The notes below the pieces were generated by a model that ran no database searches, was not told the DNA's origin, and saw only the letters and a list, made by a program, of their open reading frames with translations. Below, piece after piece: positions 12,031-25,100 of a DNA stretch of 46,962 nt (position 1 is its first letter; every line of letters begins with the position of its first letter). Source of the DNA: Xylographa opegraphella (taxonomy: Eukaryota). Location: positions 1 through 46,962 of the forward strand of contig JALDZX010000094.1 in the NCBI GenBank assembly GCA_022813865.1. Reading direction: 5' to 3'. The translations under genes were made by a program, and so were the position numbers.

Positions 12031-15000
12031 CTTTTATTATATATAAATATCGAGATTTATTATTTAATAAAATTATTATCAAACAAAGTTTCGTTATTAA
12101 ATAGCAAACGAATACCGTTAATTGAAAATTATTCATTTGATTTTGTAATATTATTTATAAAAATAGTTTCGTTTTTTTTCCCCGAATAACTACGAAATTA
12201 GTTTTAAAATGATTATTTTTTTATTTAAATAAAATATACAACACGATCGTTTTATATGTTTTATTATATAAAAAAAATTAAAAAATTATAAATCGCAATG
12301 TTTTTTTATAAAATTTAATATACAACGTAGTTAATAAAGCTATAAAAATATTTAAAAACTTAAAATAAATTATAGTAAAACAAGATTAATAACTCGTGAA
12401 ATTAATTTTTTCGTAAAGAATTTATTAAAAAAAATTACGCTCGAGTTAAAATCCCTTAATTATTATTTTAAATTTAATGATTTAATAAATTTATTAAACT
12501 TAGAGAAAATTAAAGGTTTAATATATTTATTAATTATTGTATTTCTAATAAATATTTATTAATAAGTCATGCAATTGCGTTGAATTTGTTTTTTAAATTA
12601 ATAATAATGAACGTTAATATATTTAATACGTTTATAATACTTCGAATTATACAATAAATTGATTAATTTTTAATTATTTTCGATTACAATTAAATCTTTT
12701 AAGGAATATTTAATTATAATTTAATAAAAAATTGAATTTTTATAATTAATCTTTTTATATTTTTTATAAATCGTTATATATTCGACTTCGTAAATAAATA
12801 TCGTAATAATCTTTTATTTAATGATTATTTAATTAATCGGTTCGCCGGCTATTTTCAATAAATAATTATCTATAAAACATTAAATATTTACGTCGCTGGC
12901 GTAATCGTTATTAATTTATTTTCTATGAAAAAATTAATTTAATAAATTTTTTTTAAATTAAACGTTATTTTAATATAAACGGAAGTTTAACGTAACGCGT
13001 TTTAATTAAATTATTTAAAATTTAACGTAAATGAAAAAAATTCGAAATAAAAATACGATATTCCGTTAAATATTTATTATTAAACATATTAAAAATATAA
13101 TTTTTAATCAATATTTAATAACATTCTCGACGTCGGTTTATTTGATGAGTTTTTATAAAAACGCGTTAACGATTATAAATATAATTACGAAAATAATTTC
13201 TTTGTAATTATATTTTTCAAAATTTTATAAAACGTAATATTATTAATTTATATAAAAACGTTTTCGTTAAAAATGTATCAAATAATAATAATATTAAGGA
13301 AAAACTTCGATTTATTTAAATTCTTTATTTAAAATTTCGACGACAGTTAATTTTCTAATAATTAAATAACGACTAATATTTGGTTAAACAGTAATAAATT
13401 ATTAACGTATGTTATTATTATAATATCGTTTTTATTAATAAATAAAGCGAAATTTTTAAAATATTGCCGAAATTTTGGCTAGCGTAAATATTTAACGTTT
13501 TTAATATATTATATTTAATTAAATTATTCATATTTATATAAAAAAATTTAAGCTTTAAAATAAAAATTTCCCGGGCGGGATTTCGAAGCTCGTGAATTAC
13601 TCGATATAAAATTCTTTAATTATACTAATCTTTAAATAAATTATTTTAACGTTTATTTAGTAAATTAATAATTAAAATATAATTATCAAAATAAGTAAAA
13701 ATTGGTAAATAATAAATATAGTTATAAAAACGAAATTTTTAATATAATCGATTTCGCATTGTTGCCAAAAGTTTTTAACAATTTAACGATTTTTATATTT
13801 AAAAATTCTTTTCGAAAATTAATTTCAATATAAATATTCATTTGTTTTTGATAGTCATTCGGCTTTTAAATGAAAATTATTTTTATTTTTATTTTAAGCG
13901 TTATTAAACTATAGTATTAATTTTTTTTATAATAATTTATTATTCAAAAACGTTAATGTTGGCTATAATTTTCGCGTAAATTTTTAAAAAATATATTATT
14001 ATTTCTTTAATAAATCGAATTTTTTAACGTAAATGAAATCGAGTTATTTTAAAATCGAATTTTTAATAAAACTTATCAATCTATTTTTTCAATCTTTCAT
14101 CGAGTGGGTTATTGAAAAAAATATTATAATTATTATTATTATTATTAAAGTTGTTTATTTCGAGATTTACGGAATTTTTAAAATTATTTTAATTTAATTT
14201 TTCGTTATTGAGGCTTTTATTAAAGTTAAATTCGCTAAAAAAATGGAATTTAATAAAGGATTTAATATTGTTATAATATTATTAATAAAATGTTTAATTT
14301 CAATTTCGTCGTCCCTTTAATTATTTATAATATTTATTTTTTATTTTTGAGGTCGATTTCGAAGTCGTTATTAAATTTTCTGTTAATTTAATTATTTTAA
14401 ATTATTATTTTAATAAATTTAAAGACTTTAATCAAATTTAATCGCTAAATTTTATTAATATAAATTTAGCATATTTTTATAATACGATCGATATCGAGGT
14501 TTTATATTTAATAAATATTAACATTTTTATAATCGATTAAACAACGTAAAATTTTTTAAAATAATATTTGTCGCCGCTAAAATTCCTCGAATTTATAATA
14601 AATATAAATAAATAATTTAAAATTTTTTAATTAAATAAAATAAAATAACTCGTGAATTTATATTTTAAAAGGGGTTTTGCCGTGAATTACTCGTGTGAAT
14701 GATCGATTAATAATATAAATAACGTAGCGTAATGTTTTATTTTGAATTTTTTTTGCAGTTTGCTGTTAACGAATAACGCTTTAATTTATTTTATTAAAAT
14801 TTTATTTAGGCGCTGGATTATTTTATTTTAATAATAAACGTAAACGTCGATTTTAATAACGTTAATTTTAAATCCAATTTAAAATACGATTTTCAATTTT
14901 ATCGCGTATGATTTGCTTTTATCGTGGCGAATTCATTTAATTTTAGTTTTCTTTATTGTTTCATTCAGTGTTACGATCCTGCCTCTCATTAATATAGTTC

Positions 15001-15174
15001 GATTCGGGATTTGAATTGAATTCGTTAATAAATGAATAACAAGGCACGATAACAGGCTTATAATTCTTTAATAAATAATAATTTTCGTACAGCACTGTGT
15101 TGGAATCTAATAACTTAAAATTATAATATAAGTTAAATACGCTTTTTATAACAAAAGGAATTTTTATTTTATAT

Positions 15175-15489
15175 ATATTTTTTATATTTTTTATATTTTT
15201 TATATTTTTTATATTTTTTAGATTTTTTAGATTTTTTAGATTTTTTAGATTTTTTAGATTTTTTAGATTTTTTAGATTTTTTAGATTTTTTAGATTTTTT
15301 AGATTTTTTAGATTTTTTAGATTTTTTAGATTTTTTAGATTTTTTAGATTTTTTAGATTTTTTAGATTTTTTAGATTTTTTAGATTTTTTAGATTTTTTA
15401 GATTTTTTAGATTTTTTGGATTTTTTAGATTTTTTGGATTTTTTATATTTTTTATATTTTTTATATTTTTTATATTTTTTATATTTTTA
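15175..15489. repeat. 9-bp tandem array (TATTTTTTA/GATTTTTTA), about 35 units, inside the 3' LTR of A2
   Basis: Directly visible. The sister LTR has only about 4 degenerate units (~21502-21543). Confidence 0.95.
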
Positions 15490-15639
15490 ATGCTTTTATA
15501 ATCGAGGCCATAAAGGCAACGAACGCATCGAATTATAGTTTTTTTTAACCCCTGTTTTATACAGTATTAATTAAAATTTTATTACTAGCTCCCCCCGCCA
15601 GATTCTTGTTTCGGAAGAATTTTAGCAGTTTTTTTTATT

Positions 15640-16177
15640 ATACTTAAACGTAAATTATTTAATTCCCCTCGCCGAAAGATTCAGTCTATCGATATTCGTA
15701 AAAAAGGAGAATTTGCAATATATTCCTGCGATCGCTGTATTCAAAAAGGTAAATTATACGAAATTTTCGCAGATTTTGATTTTTACGCAAAATATATTAA
15801 AGTAAAAGTACGTTGTTTGTTAATTATTATCGATGCCGATAAAAGGGTATTCAAAAAAAGAAACGTCGTTTACGCAAAAAAATTGTTAAATTAAAAATTA
15901 AATTTAAAACGATAATATTTAAAATTATTATATTAATGGCCCGCGAAGCTGCAAAATTAATTACTGAAAAATTGATTTTTAAACCTTAAGGTCGAGGGTC
16001 GCGAAATATTTCAACAGGAAATATTCAATATTAAGGCTTTAAAAGAAAATAAAAAACGTAGGCCCGTGCTTTTTACCAGCGATTCTTTTGAGGGGTTTTT
16101 TTTAATTCTTGCCTTTTAAAATTTTAAATTTTTTTAGCGAAACTTTCGAAGAAGCTTTTAGCAATCCTCAAGGCTAG
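15640..16177 (+). pseudogene. Antisense accessory ORF relic of Gypsy A2 (basic N-terminus, Zn2Cys6-like motif, coiled coil)
   Basis: ATA(ATG?) LKRKLFNSPRRKIQSIDIRKKGEFAIYS C-DR-C-IQKGKL-Y-EIFADFDF-Y-AK-Y-IKVKVR-C (motif 15727-15816, 30 codons). Followed by a charged helical segment with frameshifts. Confidence 0.68.
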
Positions 16178-18348
16178 TAAATAATTCTTAAATATTATCT
16201 AATTCTGGGTATTTATTTTACTTAATTAAATAGTTTTAATCTTGCTGTTCCAGAATTTTTTCTTCTTCGAATTTTTTTTATTGTATCGAAAGGTTATTTG
16301 TAGTAAAATACTTAAGTCTGCTAATTTTAGCAAACAAATATAAAACAATAAATATACTTTTATATTTTTTTCGACAGATTAAAAAGGTAAATTAACTAAT
16401 GTATTTACTTTATTTAATTAAAAATGATTCGATTATAATATAATGGAGTTTTAATATTTCAATATTTGCTAATTATTCATTTTTTTATGAAAAAATATAC
16501 TTTATCCCTCTTTTTTAGCCAAGGTTCATTTTTTATTACTGTATTTTGCAGCAGTATCTTTATTATTATTTCATTAAATTTTTTTAATAGCGTTTCGTAC
16601 GTATTTTTTAAATTTTTAATTAATATTATTACCCTGTTAGCGTTAAGTCTCGAGTTTTTATTTTTAAATAATTTTGAATATTGCCTCGTATTTACGAAGA
16701 ACGGCGATATTTTAGTTATTACAAATTATTTACCGTTTAATGCTAATTTTTAAAAGGCAATAATAATATTTCATTATTTTATTTAAAATTAATAAAATAT
16801 TTAAAATATACCTTTAAATTTTAATTTATTCTTTCTATTTAACCGTTTATTTGTAAATAATAAACGGTTGATATTTTTAATTTGACTTTTAATTTAAATA
16901 TTAAAGTTTTCCAGAAATTTAGCGTAAATAATTTATTCCGATTAAATATAATTTCTGCTAAAGATTTATCATTTTTTATTAATTTATTTAATAAAAAAAG
17001 CTTATTACTTTATTTAAAATACTTAGTAAATTTATTTTTAAATATTATTATTAAATTATATTTCAATTTTATAGCTAAGTTTTCTAATTTTAATAATTTT
17101 GGAATAAAGTTAATCGAGATTTGTTTCTACGGTTTTTTTAAAATATTCGAAAATTTAAATATTTTCGTATACTGTATGCTTTGCTAACTTATTTTTTTGT
17201 TAAAATATATATTTTTAATATATTCCTTTACAAACTTTTTTATGTTTAGGAATTTATAGTTTTTTTTATAAATTCTATTGTTTTGATAACTTTTGAATAT
17301 TTATTCATTAAATTATCGTAATAATATTTAAATATTTTTTCTGCTAACAGTTCTATTAAATCTTTAGTAATCGTTTTTATCTCGAAAGTTATAATTTATT
17401 TTGCAAACATCAAAACTCTACTATTATTTTTTTGTAGCAATACTTTATTTATTAATTTTTTATTTATTAAATCTTTTTTTCTGCTAGGCGCGTTTATTTT
17501 TCTATTTTTTAATGTATGTATAACTTTGAATTTATCCTATTTTAAAAGTTTTCCTTATTTTACTTATTTTTTATAAAATATTTTCGTCGTCGTAAAATTA
17601 AACAGATCTTTATAGTCTATATAAATTGTAAGCTCGAAGTAATTTTTTGTATATACTCTTTAATTTTAAATAATCGTTACTATAGCGAGTAATATTTCAT
17701 CGTAAATATTATAATTCTATTTTACTTATAATATTTTTTTAAATAATATACGATAAAGTACTATTTTATATTTTATATTTGCAGCAGATATATACCTATT
17801 ATTAAATTTAACACGTTTGTTTTTATGTTTACAGATTTTTTTACCTGAAATATTATTAATATTAATAATTTTATACAATTTCTTTTTAAATTGTTAAAGA
17901 CTCGTTGTTGGTTTAAATTATATATTTTTATATATTAAATTCGTCAGCAATATCGCCTTTTTAAGTAATCTCTAATAAAAATTCTATTAAAATTCGCAAA
18001 CTTTAAAATTTTTAAGTTTTTATTTTTACTACTGTTGATTAAGGTTATTTAAATATAGTTTGTATTTTTTCTGAGTTTATTTTAATTTTGTTTTTACTAA
18101 TTATAAATTTTAAAAAAATCTATTTCGTTTTTATAAAATTTATATTTCTTTGATTCAAAAAGCAATCTCGTTTTTTTAAAATATATAAATATTTTCTATA
18201 CGTATATTACATATTCTTTTGGTTATTTAGAGTAAATAGATATATTCTTTAAATAAATTACTATCGTTAAATTTAAATGCGCTTTTAATACGTTGTTGAT
18301 CAATAATTAACAAATAGTTAATGCATTTATTAACTCAAAAGGCATAAT

Positions 18349-18615
18349 TTAATATTTATGATATTTATATTTACTTCGAAACGTAATTTTCCATTTTTCG
18401 TCTTTTTCTATTTTAATTGAATTATATACGCCCTTAAGATTAAGCTTGATAAAAAAAATTACTTTATTAAATTTATTTCGTATTTCGTTAATTTTTAGTA
18501 GCGAATATCGATTTTTAATAATAATATCGTTTAGCTTTCGATAATTAATGTAAAAATTTAAACTTTCGTTCTTTTTAGATATAAATACTACGAGATATTT
18601 TATAAAAAATTTCAA
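18349..18615 (-). pseudogene. Gypsy reverse transcriptase fragment
   Basis: FISKKNESLNFYINYRKLNDIIIKNRYSLLKINE...KLNLKGVYN...WKITFRSKY matches the FVPKKDGSLRLCIDYRKLN..KNRYPLP..KLDLKGAY..WKTAFRTRY consensus. Confidence 0.95.
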
Positions 18616-19709
18616 TTCGCGTATAAATCCTTTTTTTTAAATTTTTGTTAATATATTTTCGAAGTTCTCGAAGTTCTCGAAGTTCTCTTTTTGATATATT
18701 ATGTATAAATTTAAATATTGATTTTTCCCCTAATTAAAGATTAATTTCGTAATCCCAAAATTAATGCTTAAATAAGGCGTTAAACTCTTTCTTTTTTTAA
18801 AAAATTATATTTACGTTTTATATTTTTCAGGGATGTTAAAAGGTGCGTTATTTTTTTAAACTCTAATTTATTTCGCTCTGTTAATTTTTGCTGATGCGTA
18901 TCGAGCCGAATCTTTAAATAAAAATATTTTTATTCGAATATGAAATTTTTATAATTTTGATCGGTTTTCGATTTTTTTTATTATCATTCTTTATCGATAT
19001 ATAAAATATATATCAATAACGCGGTTAATATGTTTTTTAGTAAATATTTCTTTATTTTAGTTTAGAAATATATTGTACTTAATTTACCAAAATAAAATTA
19101 AAATAATATAGTATTTAATTATATTTATTATACTAAAAATGATTTTTTATGATATTAATAAATAGCGATAAAAATGGTTTTATATGTCGTTCGTTTTTCC
19201 CCAAAATAACCCGTCGACTATTATTATTCAAATTTATTTTAAAATTAAAAACTCGAAGCCGTATCTCTCCGCGAAAGTACTAAATCTATAATTAAAATCA
19301 ACTTTAGTATTTAATAGTACGGTTATTTGACAATTGTTTATTTTAATCGAAATTTTTATAAAATTTATACAGTCTGGTTTTTTAGAATATTTTAAAATAT
19401 ATTATATTATTTTTTATATATTTTTTTAACTATATAAAATTACTTTCTTTCTGTTCAAAATAGCCGTAAATTTCTTTTATTCTTTTGTATATCACGTATT
19501 ATCCATAAATATATATTACTATAGTAAGTTTCCGCAGTTTTTTTTTCGAACAAATTTTATATACAATAAAATTATGGCAAATTTTTTATCTATATTCTAA
19601 AAATTATAAATGTTTTCGTTTTTTTTAAATGCCAAAAGCATTTATTCCAGATTTAAATACTATAATAGGCTTTCCCTGTATAATTATTATGTTTATAGTT
19701 TTTTAATAA

Positions 19710-19900
19710 ATGTTGCAGTATATATTTATATAAATACTACTGTATATTATACTATAATATAAATGTTCTGGGTTTACTCGATAATTCTATATATTTATTT
19801 GTTTAATACATGTTGCAGTATATATTTATATAAATACTACTGTATATGATACTATAATATAGATATTCTGGGTTTACTCGATAATTCTATATATCCATTT
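19710..19900. repeat. 100-bp-period tandem duplication within A2
   Basis: TGTTGCAGTATATATTTATATAAATACTACTGTATA.. occurs at 19711 and 19811. The region is single-copy in A1 and A3. Confidence 0.9.
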
Positions 19901-20492
19901 TTTAAATATATATCGACGTTGTTATTTTATTAAATTTTTATAAATTTAGTTTTTTAAATTATTTAGCTCGATATTTTATTTCTCGAGATTTTTTTCGATT
20001 TATAAATTATTAATACTTCAATCGTTTTTTTCTTTATTATTAATTTTTATCTAAAAGTTATTTTATAAATTAATTTTTTCGCGCATTCTATTAATATTAG
20101 CTTTGTCGTTTAAAGTTAAAATAAATTTCGTATTTTTTTTGTATAAAAAATTTTCTTTTTCTAAGTTTTGATTTCACCGGAAATTTTAAATATATACTTA
20201 TTTATAATTTAAATATTTGTTTTTCGATCGATAATTTTTAGCGATATAGCCGATTTTTTATATATATAATATTTATTTATTTTTTCTCCGGGAATGCTAT
20301 TTCCTATATTTTTATTTTTATTTTTTAAATACGTTTATTTTTATTGGTATTATTTTTTTTAGAAATTTAGCATTTTATAATTTGTTTTTTATTTTATTGC
20401 CGTTTTTTAATAATTGATTTTTGCTGCGTTTTCTATTTCGTATCTGCGTTTTATAATTCTTTATATAATTTATCGTCGATTTTTATATATTT

Positions 20493-20683
20493 TATTAAAA
20501 GGCACGTGTATTTGGATCAGGGCGGGGGCAACAGTAATCGTATATTCGGTGAAGTTCGGTATAGGCCACGAGAACGTGACATATACCTCCTACGCTAGTA
20601 CTGAACTACGCTATACATAAATAGAACTAGCCTTGAGGTATTCCTTTATGCCTACCAGCAAGTGATGCTTCTACCAATTGACA
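20493..20683. mobile_element. 191-bp solo-LTR-like insert, largely not RIPed, in the gag region of A2
   Basis: TSD TATTT (20488-20492, 20684-20688). Ends TATTAA (probably mutated TGTCAA)...TTGACA. Absent from the homologous site in A1 (~5368). Confidence 0.85.
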
Positions 20684-21272
20684 TATTTCTCGATTATTTG
20701 ATTAATAATTTTAATTACGGCATTAATTTTTATTAGTTTATTTTTAATCGAATTTTAAATCCTTTGCGATATATCATATTTAACGCATCGTCGTTTTATT
20801 TCGTTTAAATTGCGAATTATTAAAATCGAGTTAAATATTCCGCGCAAAATTCTTTTTACTTAAAATACTACATAATTTATATCGCTATATTTTTTTTGTT
20901 AAATAATTTTAAAAAAAATTTAATTTCGATTTTAAACGTCGCGAAGCTTTTGAATTACTTAGAATTTTCGTTATTAAAATCTTCAAAATATTTTTTAAAA
21001 TAAAAAGCAATCTATTTTTAAACTTGTTCTCGGATATATATAATAACAAAAATAATCTTTTTAACTTTAAAATACTGTTTCCCTAAATCCCGAAAAATGT
21101 ATTTATTTTCATAAATTAATTTTTTAAATAATCTTTATTTTTTAATACTTATCGACTATTTTTATTTTAACGCGATTATTTTCTTTTATAGTATTTCTTT
21201 TATTGCCTTTTATAATATTTAGAATTAAAGTTAGTCGTGCTTTTAATACACTTATTTTAAAAATATCTAAAA

Positions 21273-21630
21273 TATTACGATTCTGCCTTTTATTAGTATA
21301 GTTCGATTCGAGATTTAAATTAAATTCGTTAATAAATAAATATAAAAATACGGTAACAAGCCTATAATTCTTTAATAAAAAGTAATTTTTGTACAGTATT
21401 GTATTGAAGCCTAGTAATTTAAAGTTATTATAATATAAATTAAAAACGTTTTTTACAACAAAAGGAATTCTTTACTTCATATAGAAATTCTATTTTGAAA
21501 TTATTTTTTATATTTTTTATGTTTTTTATGCCTTTCATGCCTTCGTGATCGAGGCTATAAAAATAACAAACGCATCGAATTATAGTTTCTTTAACCCTTG
21601 TTTCACACAGTATTAATCAGAATTTTATCA
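21273..21630 (-). repeat. 5' LTR of Gypsy A2
   Basis: Direct repeat of 14969-15584 without the expanded array. Confidence 0.92.
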
Positions 21631-22140
21631 TCCAGGTGGTAAATTGTAAAAAAAATTAGCGTCAATAAAATATTTAATATTTTTAAAAAAAAATAGAAAC
21701 GGGTATATTATAAGTAATTATTAATAAAAAAAGAAATATTAAATATAAATAATCCTGGTTTTCGATTTCGCAATTATTGATAAAAAAACTTTAAATATCG
21801 TTATAAATAAATTTTAATTATTTTTATATACGTCGTTTTAAAGTTTTAAAAATTCATTTCATTATTTTTGCCGTAAAGTATTTATTGTAATAAATTTTAT
21901 TTGAAATTTGAAATCTATCGAAAATAAAATTTAATTTAATTTAATAAATATTTTAATAAGTTTTTTAACGTTGTCGTAATTAAAATATACGAAATATTAA
22001 TATTACGTCTATAATTTAATTTTAATCGAATTTTTTAAAATTTTAAACAATATTACGGTTTTCGTAGCTTGAACGATTAAAACGGTAATTAATTTAAAAA
22101 AACATATTTTTTGTATATAATTATATAATTTAAAAAAGAA

Positions 22141-25100
22141 AAGGGAACAACCACGTAAGAAGTAAAGCAAATTCCTGAAATCCAGTCATAATACAGTTGA
22201 TTGAATTATTATACGTATAAGAATAGCCGTTTTTACGTTTTTTATACGCTTTTTGCAATAAAAAACGTAAAATATTTATAATATTATAATTTCGACGCGT
22301 CGAGTTAATTATATTAATAATACAAGATACGTATTTACTTTAAATAATCGATACGTTATTAAAAGAATAAAAAATATATAAAAGCTTTAAAAACTTTGTT
22401 TAAAAATATATTCGTTAAAAATTATTTTATTAAATTTTAAAATAGCGTCGAATTCACAAAATTTAAAAAAACAAAAAGTTAATTATATAAATAGTTTTTT
22501 TTAAATAACTAAATCGTTAATTTATTTAAAATAATTAAATAAAATCTTTTATTAATAATTTTTAAATATTTAATAAAGTCGGCCGAGCTTCGATATACGT
22601 ATTTAAATAACGATAATTATAAAGAATAAAGGATTCACGCTCAATTAAAGCTTTTTCAATAAAAAATTTAAAAAAATAATAAAAACAATTGAAACCGCTA
22701 AAAATAAAGATTAAATAAAAAAATATAAACCGGATTTAATTATTACAAACCTTAAAAATAAAGAAATTAAAAATAAAAAATTGATAATATTTATAAAACG
22801 TTTTTTAGCGATAACGTAACGATTTACGCGATAAACATAAATATAAAGAACAAATTTAAAAAATTTAAATTAAACTAAAGAATTCTCCGCGTTTGCGTAA
22901 ATTCAACGCCGGAAATTCCTTAACTTAATATTTAAAATTCAAATTATATTGAATATTGAAAATCAAGAAACTTTGAAAAAATTATAAAAGAAACAAAGAA
23001 AATTATCCAGGCCTAAAAATTCTTAGGGTAACCTGATTTACAAAAAACATTTAAAAACGATAAAATTATTAATTAATTATTATAAAGTAGTTAACGAAGC
23101 GATAATCAATTATATATTACATTATAAAATCATATTAAAAACACGAATGTAAATATTTCCAAAAGAAAAAATAAAAAAAATTTAAAAAATATAAAAAATA
23201 AAAAAAGTATAAAAAATAGAAAAAATAGAAAAAATATAAAAACTATAAAAAATATAAAAAATATAAAAAATATAAAAAATATAAAAAATCGAAAAAAATA
23301 GAAAAAATATAAAAACTCTAAAAAATATAAAAAATATAAAAAATCGAAAAAATCTAAAAAATAGAAAAAATATAAAAAATCTAAAAAATAGAAAAAATAT
23401 AAAAAATCTAAAAAATATAAAAAATATAAAAAATCTAAAAAATAGAAAAAATATAAAAAATCTAAAAAATATAAAAAATCTAAAAAATCTAAAAAATATA
23501 AAAAATATAAAAAATATAAAAAATATAAAAAACATAAAAAATATAAAAAATATAAAAAATAGAAAAAATAGAAAAAATTTAAAAAATTTAAAAAATAGAA
23601 AAAATATAAAAGCGTAAATACTGCGTAATATACGCGAAAAAATTAAAATTAAAAATTATAAATAAACGCGCGTTCAATAAAAAAATCAATATTATTTTTA
23701 AAAATAAACTAAAACCTTTTATAAATTATTATATAAACGTACAACGCAAGGAGACTTGGCGATATTTAATAATTAAAATTCTATATTTAAGGAAATAATG
23801 GAAAGTACGAGTTTTATAAATTAATAATAATAAATAACGTCAGGCAAGCGCAAAAAACTCGACTTTAAAATTATAATAAAATTATTTAAAATAAAATATA
23901 ATTTATTTTAATTATTATAAAAAAATTCGAGCAATTCGTATTTTTAGCGTTGTTTCATAAAAACGAATAATAATTTAAATAATTAAATAAAACTTAATTT
24001 TACGAAATTTTAATAAATACATATTTAAACTTACGAATATTATAATATAATATGTAAAAACGATTAAACGCAGTTCAAATAATATTATTAAATAATTTAT
24101 TGATCGAAAATATAAATATATTAACGATATAAAAGCCGAAACGTAATCTCGACCCTATAAAATCCTATAATATAAATAAACAAAATTTTTATTTCATTAA
24201 AAATATATATTTATATAAATAAAAAATCGATATAAATATATAAAACGTAAACTCGATAAAAAACGATTTTATAATATTAAAATTGTTATTTAAATTAGCG
24301 CTAAACTAAAATATAAAATATATTTATACAATATAGATAATTTATTTTTCTTGTTAATAATATTTATAAAAAGGTTTTTAATTTTACTTAAATTAAATAC
24401 TAAATTATAGTAAAAAAATCGTAGTAAAAGAATTTAATTTATATTATTCATATTTAAAAACCGGGCTATTGAAATAATTGCAATACATTTATTTAATTTA
24501 TAAATATTGCTACGACGGCGAAAGTTTGATTATTATTCTTATTAAAATTAATTATAAAATAAATAGATTAATAAAAAAACTATTAATTTAATATTTACGA
24601 ACGAATAATTTATTAAAAGAATTAATAAAATATTAAATTCAAACAGATTTATATTATAATTTAAATTATTTATTAGTTTTAATAAAAACTAATTTACGTA
24701 TAGCCAGCGCCGCGATGATATAATAAAAATTAAAAAAAATCGATTTGAATAAATTTTCGAAAATCTTGTAATAAAAAATTAAAAATTTTATTAAAGACTT
24801 TAAAGCTTTAATTACAACCGAAAAAAATAGAAATCATATAATTAAATTAAAAAGCGATTTAAAAAGCGATTTAAAAAGCGATTGAAATAATAATTTTATC
24901 AATTAAATCAATAATAATAAATCATTCGAATTTACTAAAAATATTTTGATCATATAAATATAACAACGCAATAACGCTGGCGAAAGAATAATTTAATAAT
25001 TAAAAATTATATTTATACGAAAATACGTAAAACCCGTTTTTAATAAAAATCGACGTAAAAAATAAAATAATAATAAAGGTTAAAAAAATATTTTTCAGTA

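Larger units (their letters stand above)
14969..21630 (-). mobile_element. Ty3/Gypsy family A copy 2, full length, RIP-inactivated, inserted in the Copia integrase
   Basis: TGTTACG...TTATCA termini. TSD TTCAG/TCCAG. LTRs 14969-15584 and 21273-21630. PPT complement CTAGCTCCCCCCGCC at 15585-15599. RT relic in ORF 18349-18615. Confidence 0.95.

Noticed and set aside
23182..23535. 117-aa F/I/R-rich ORF
   Set aside because: It is a translation of the 9-bp tandem array.
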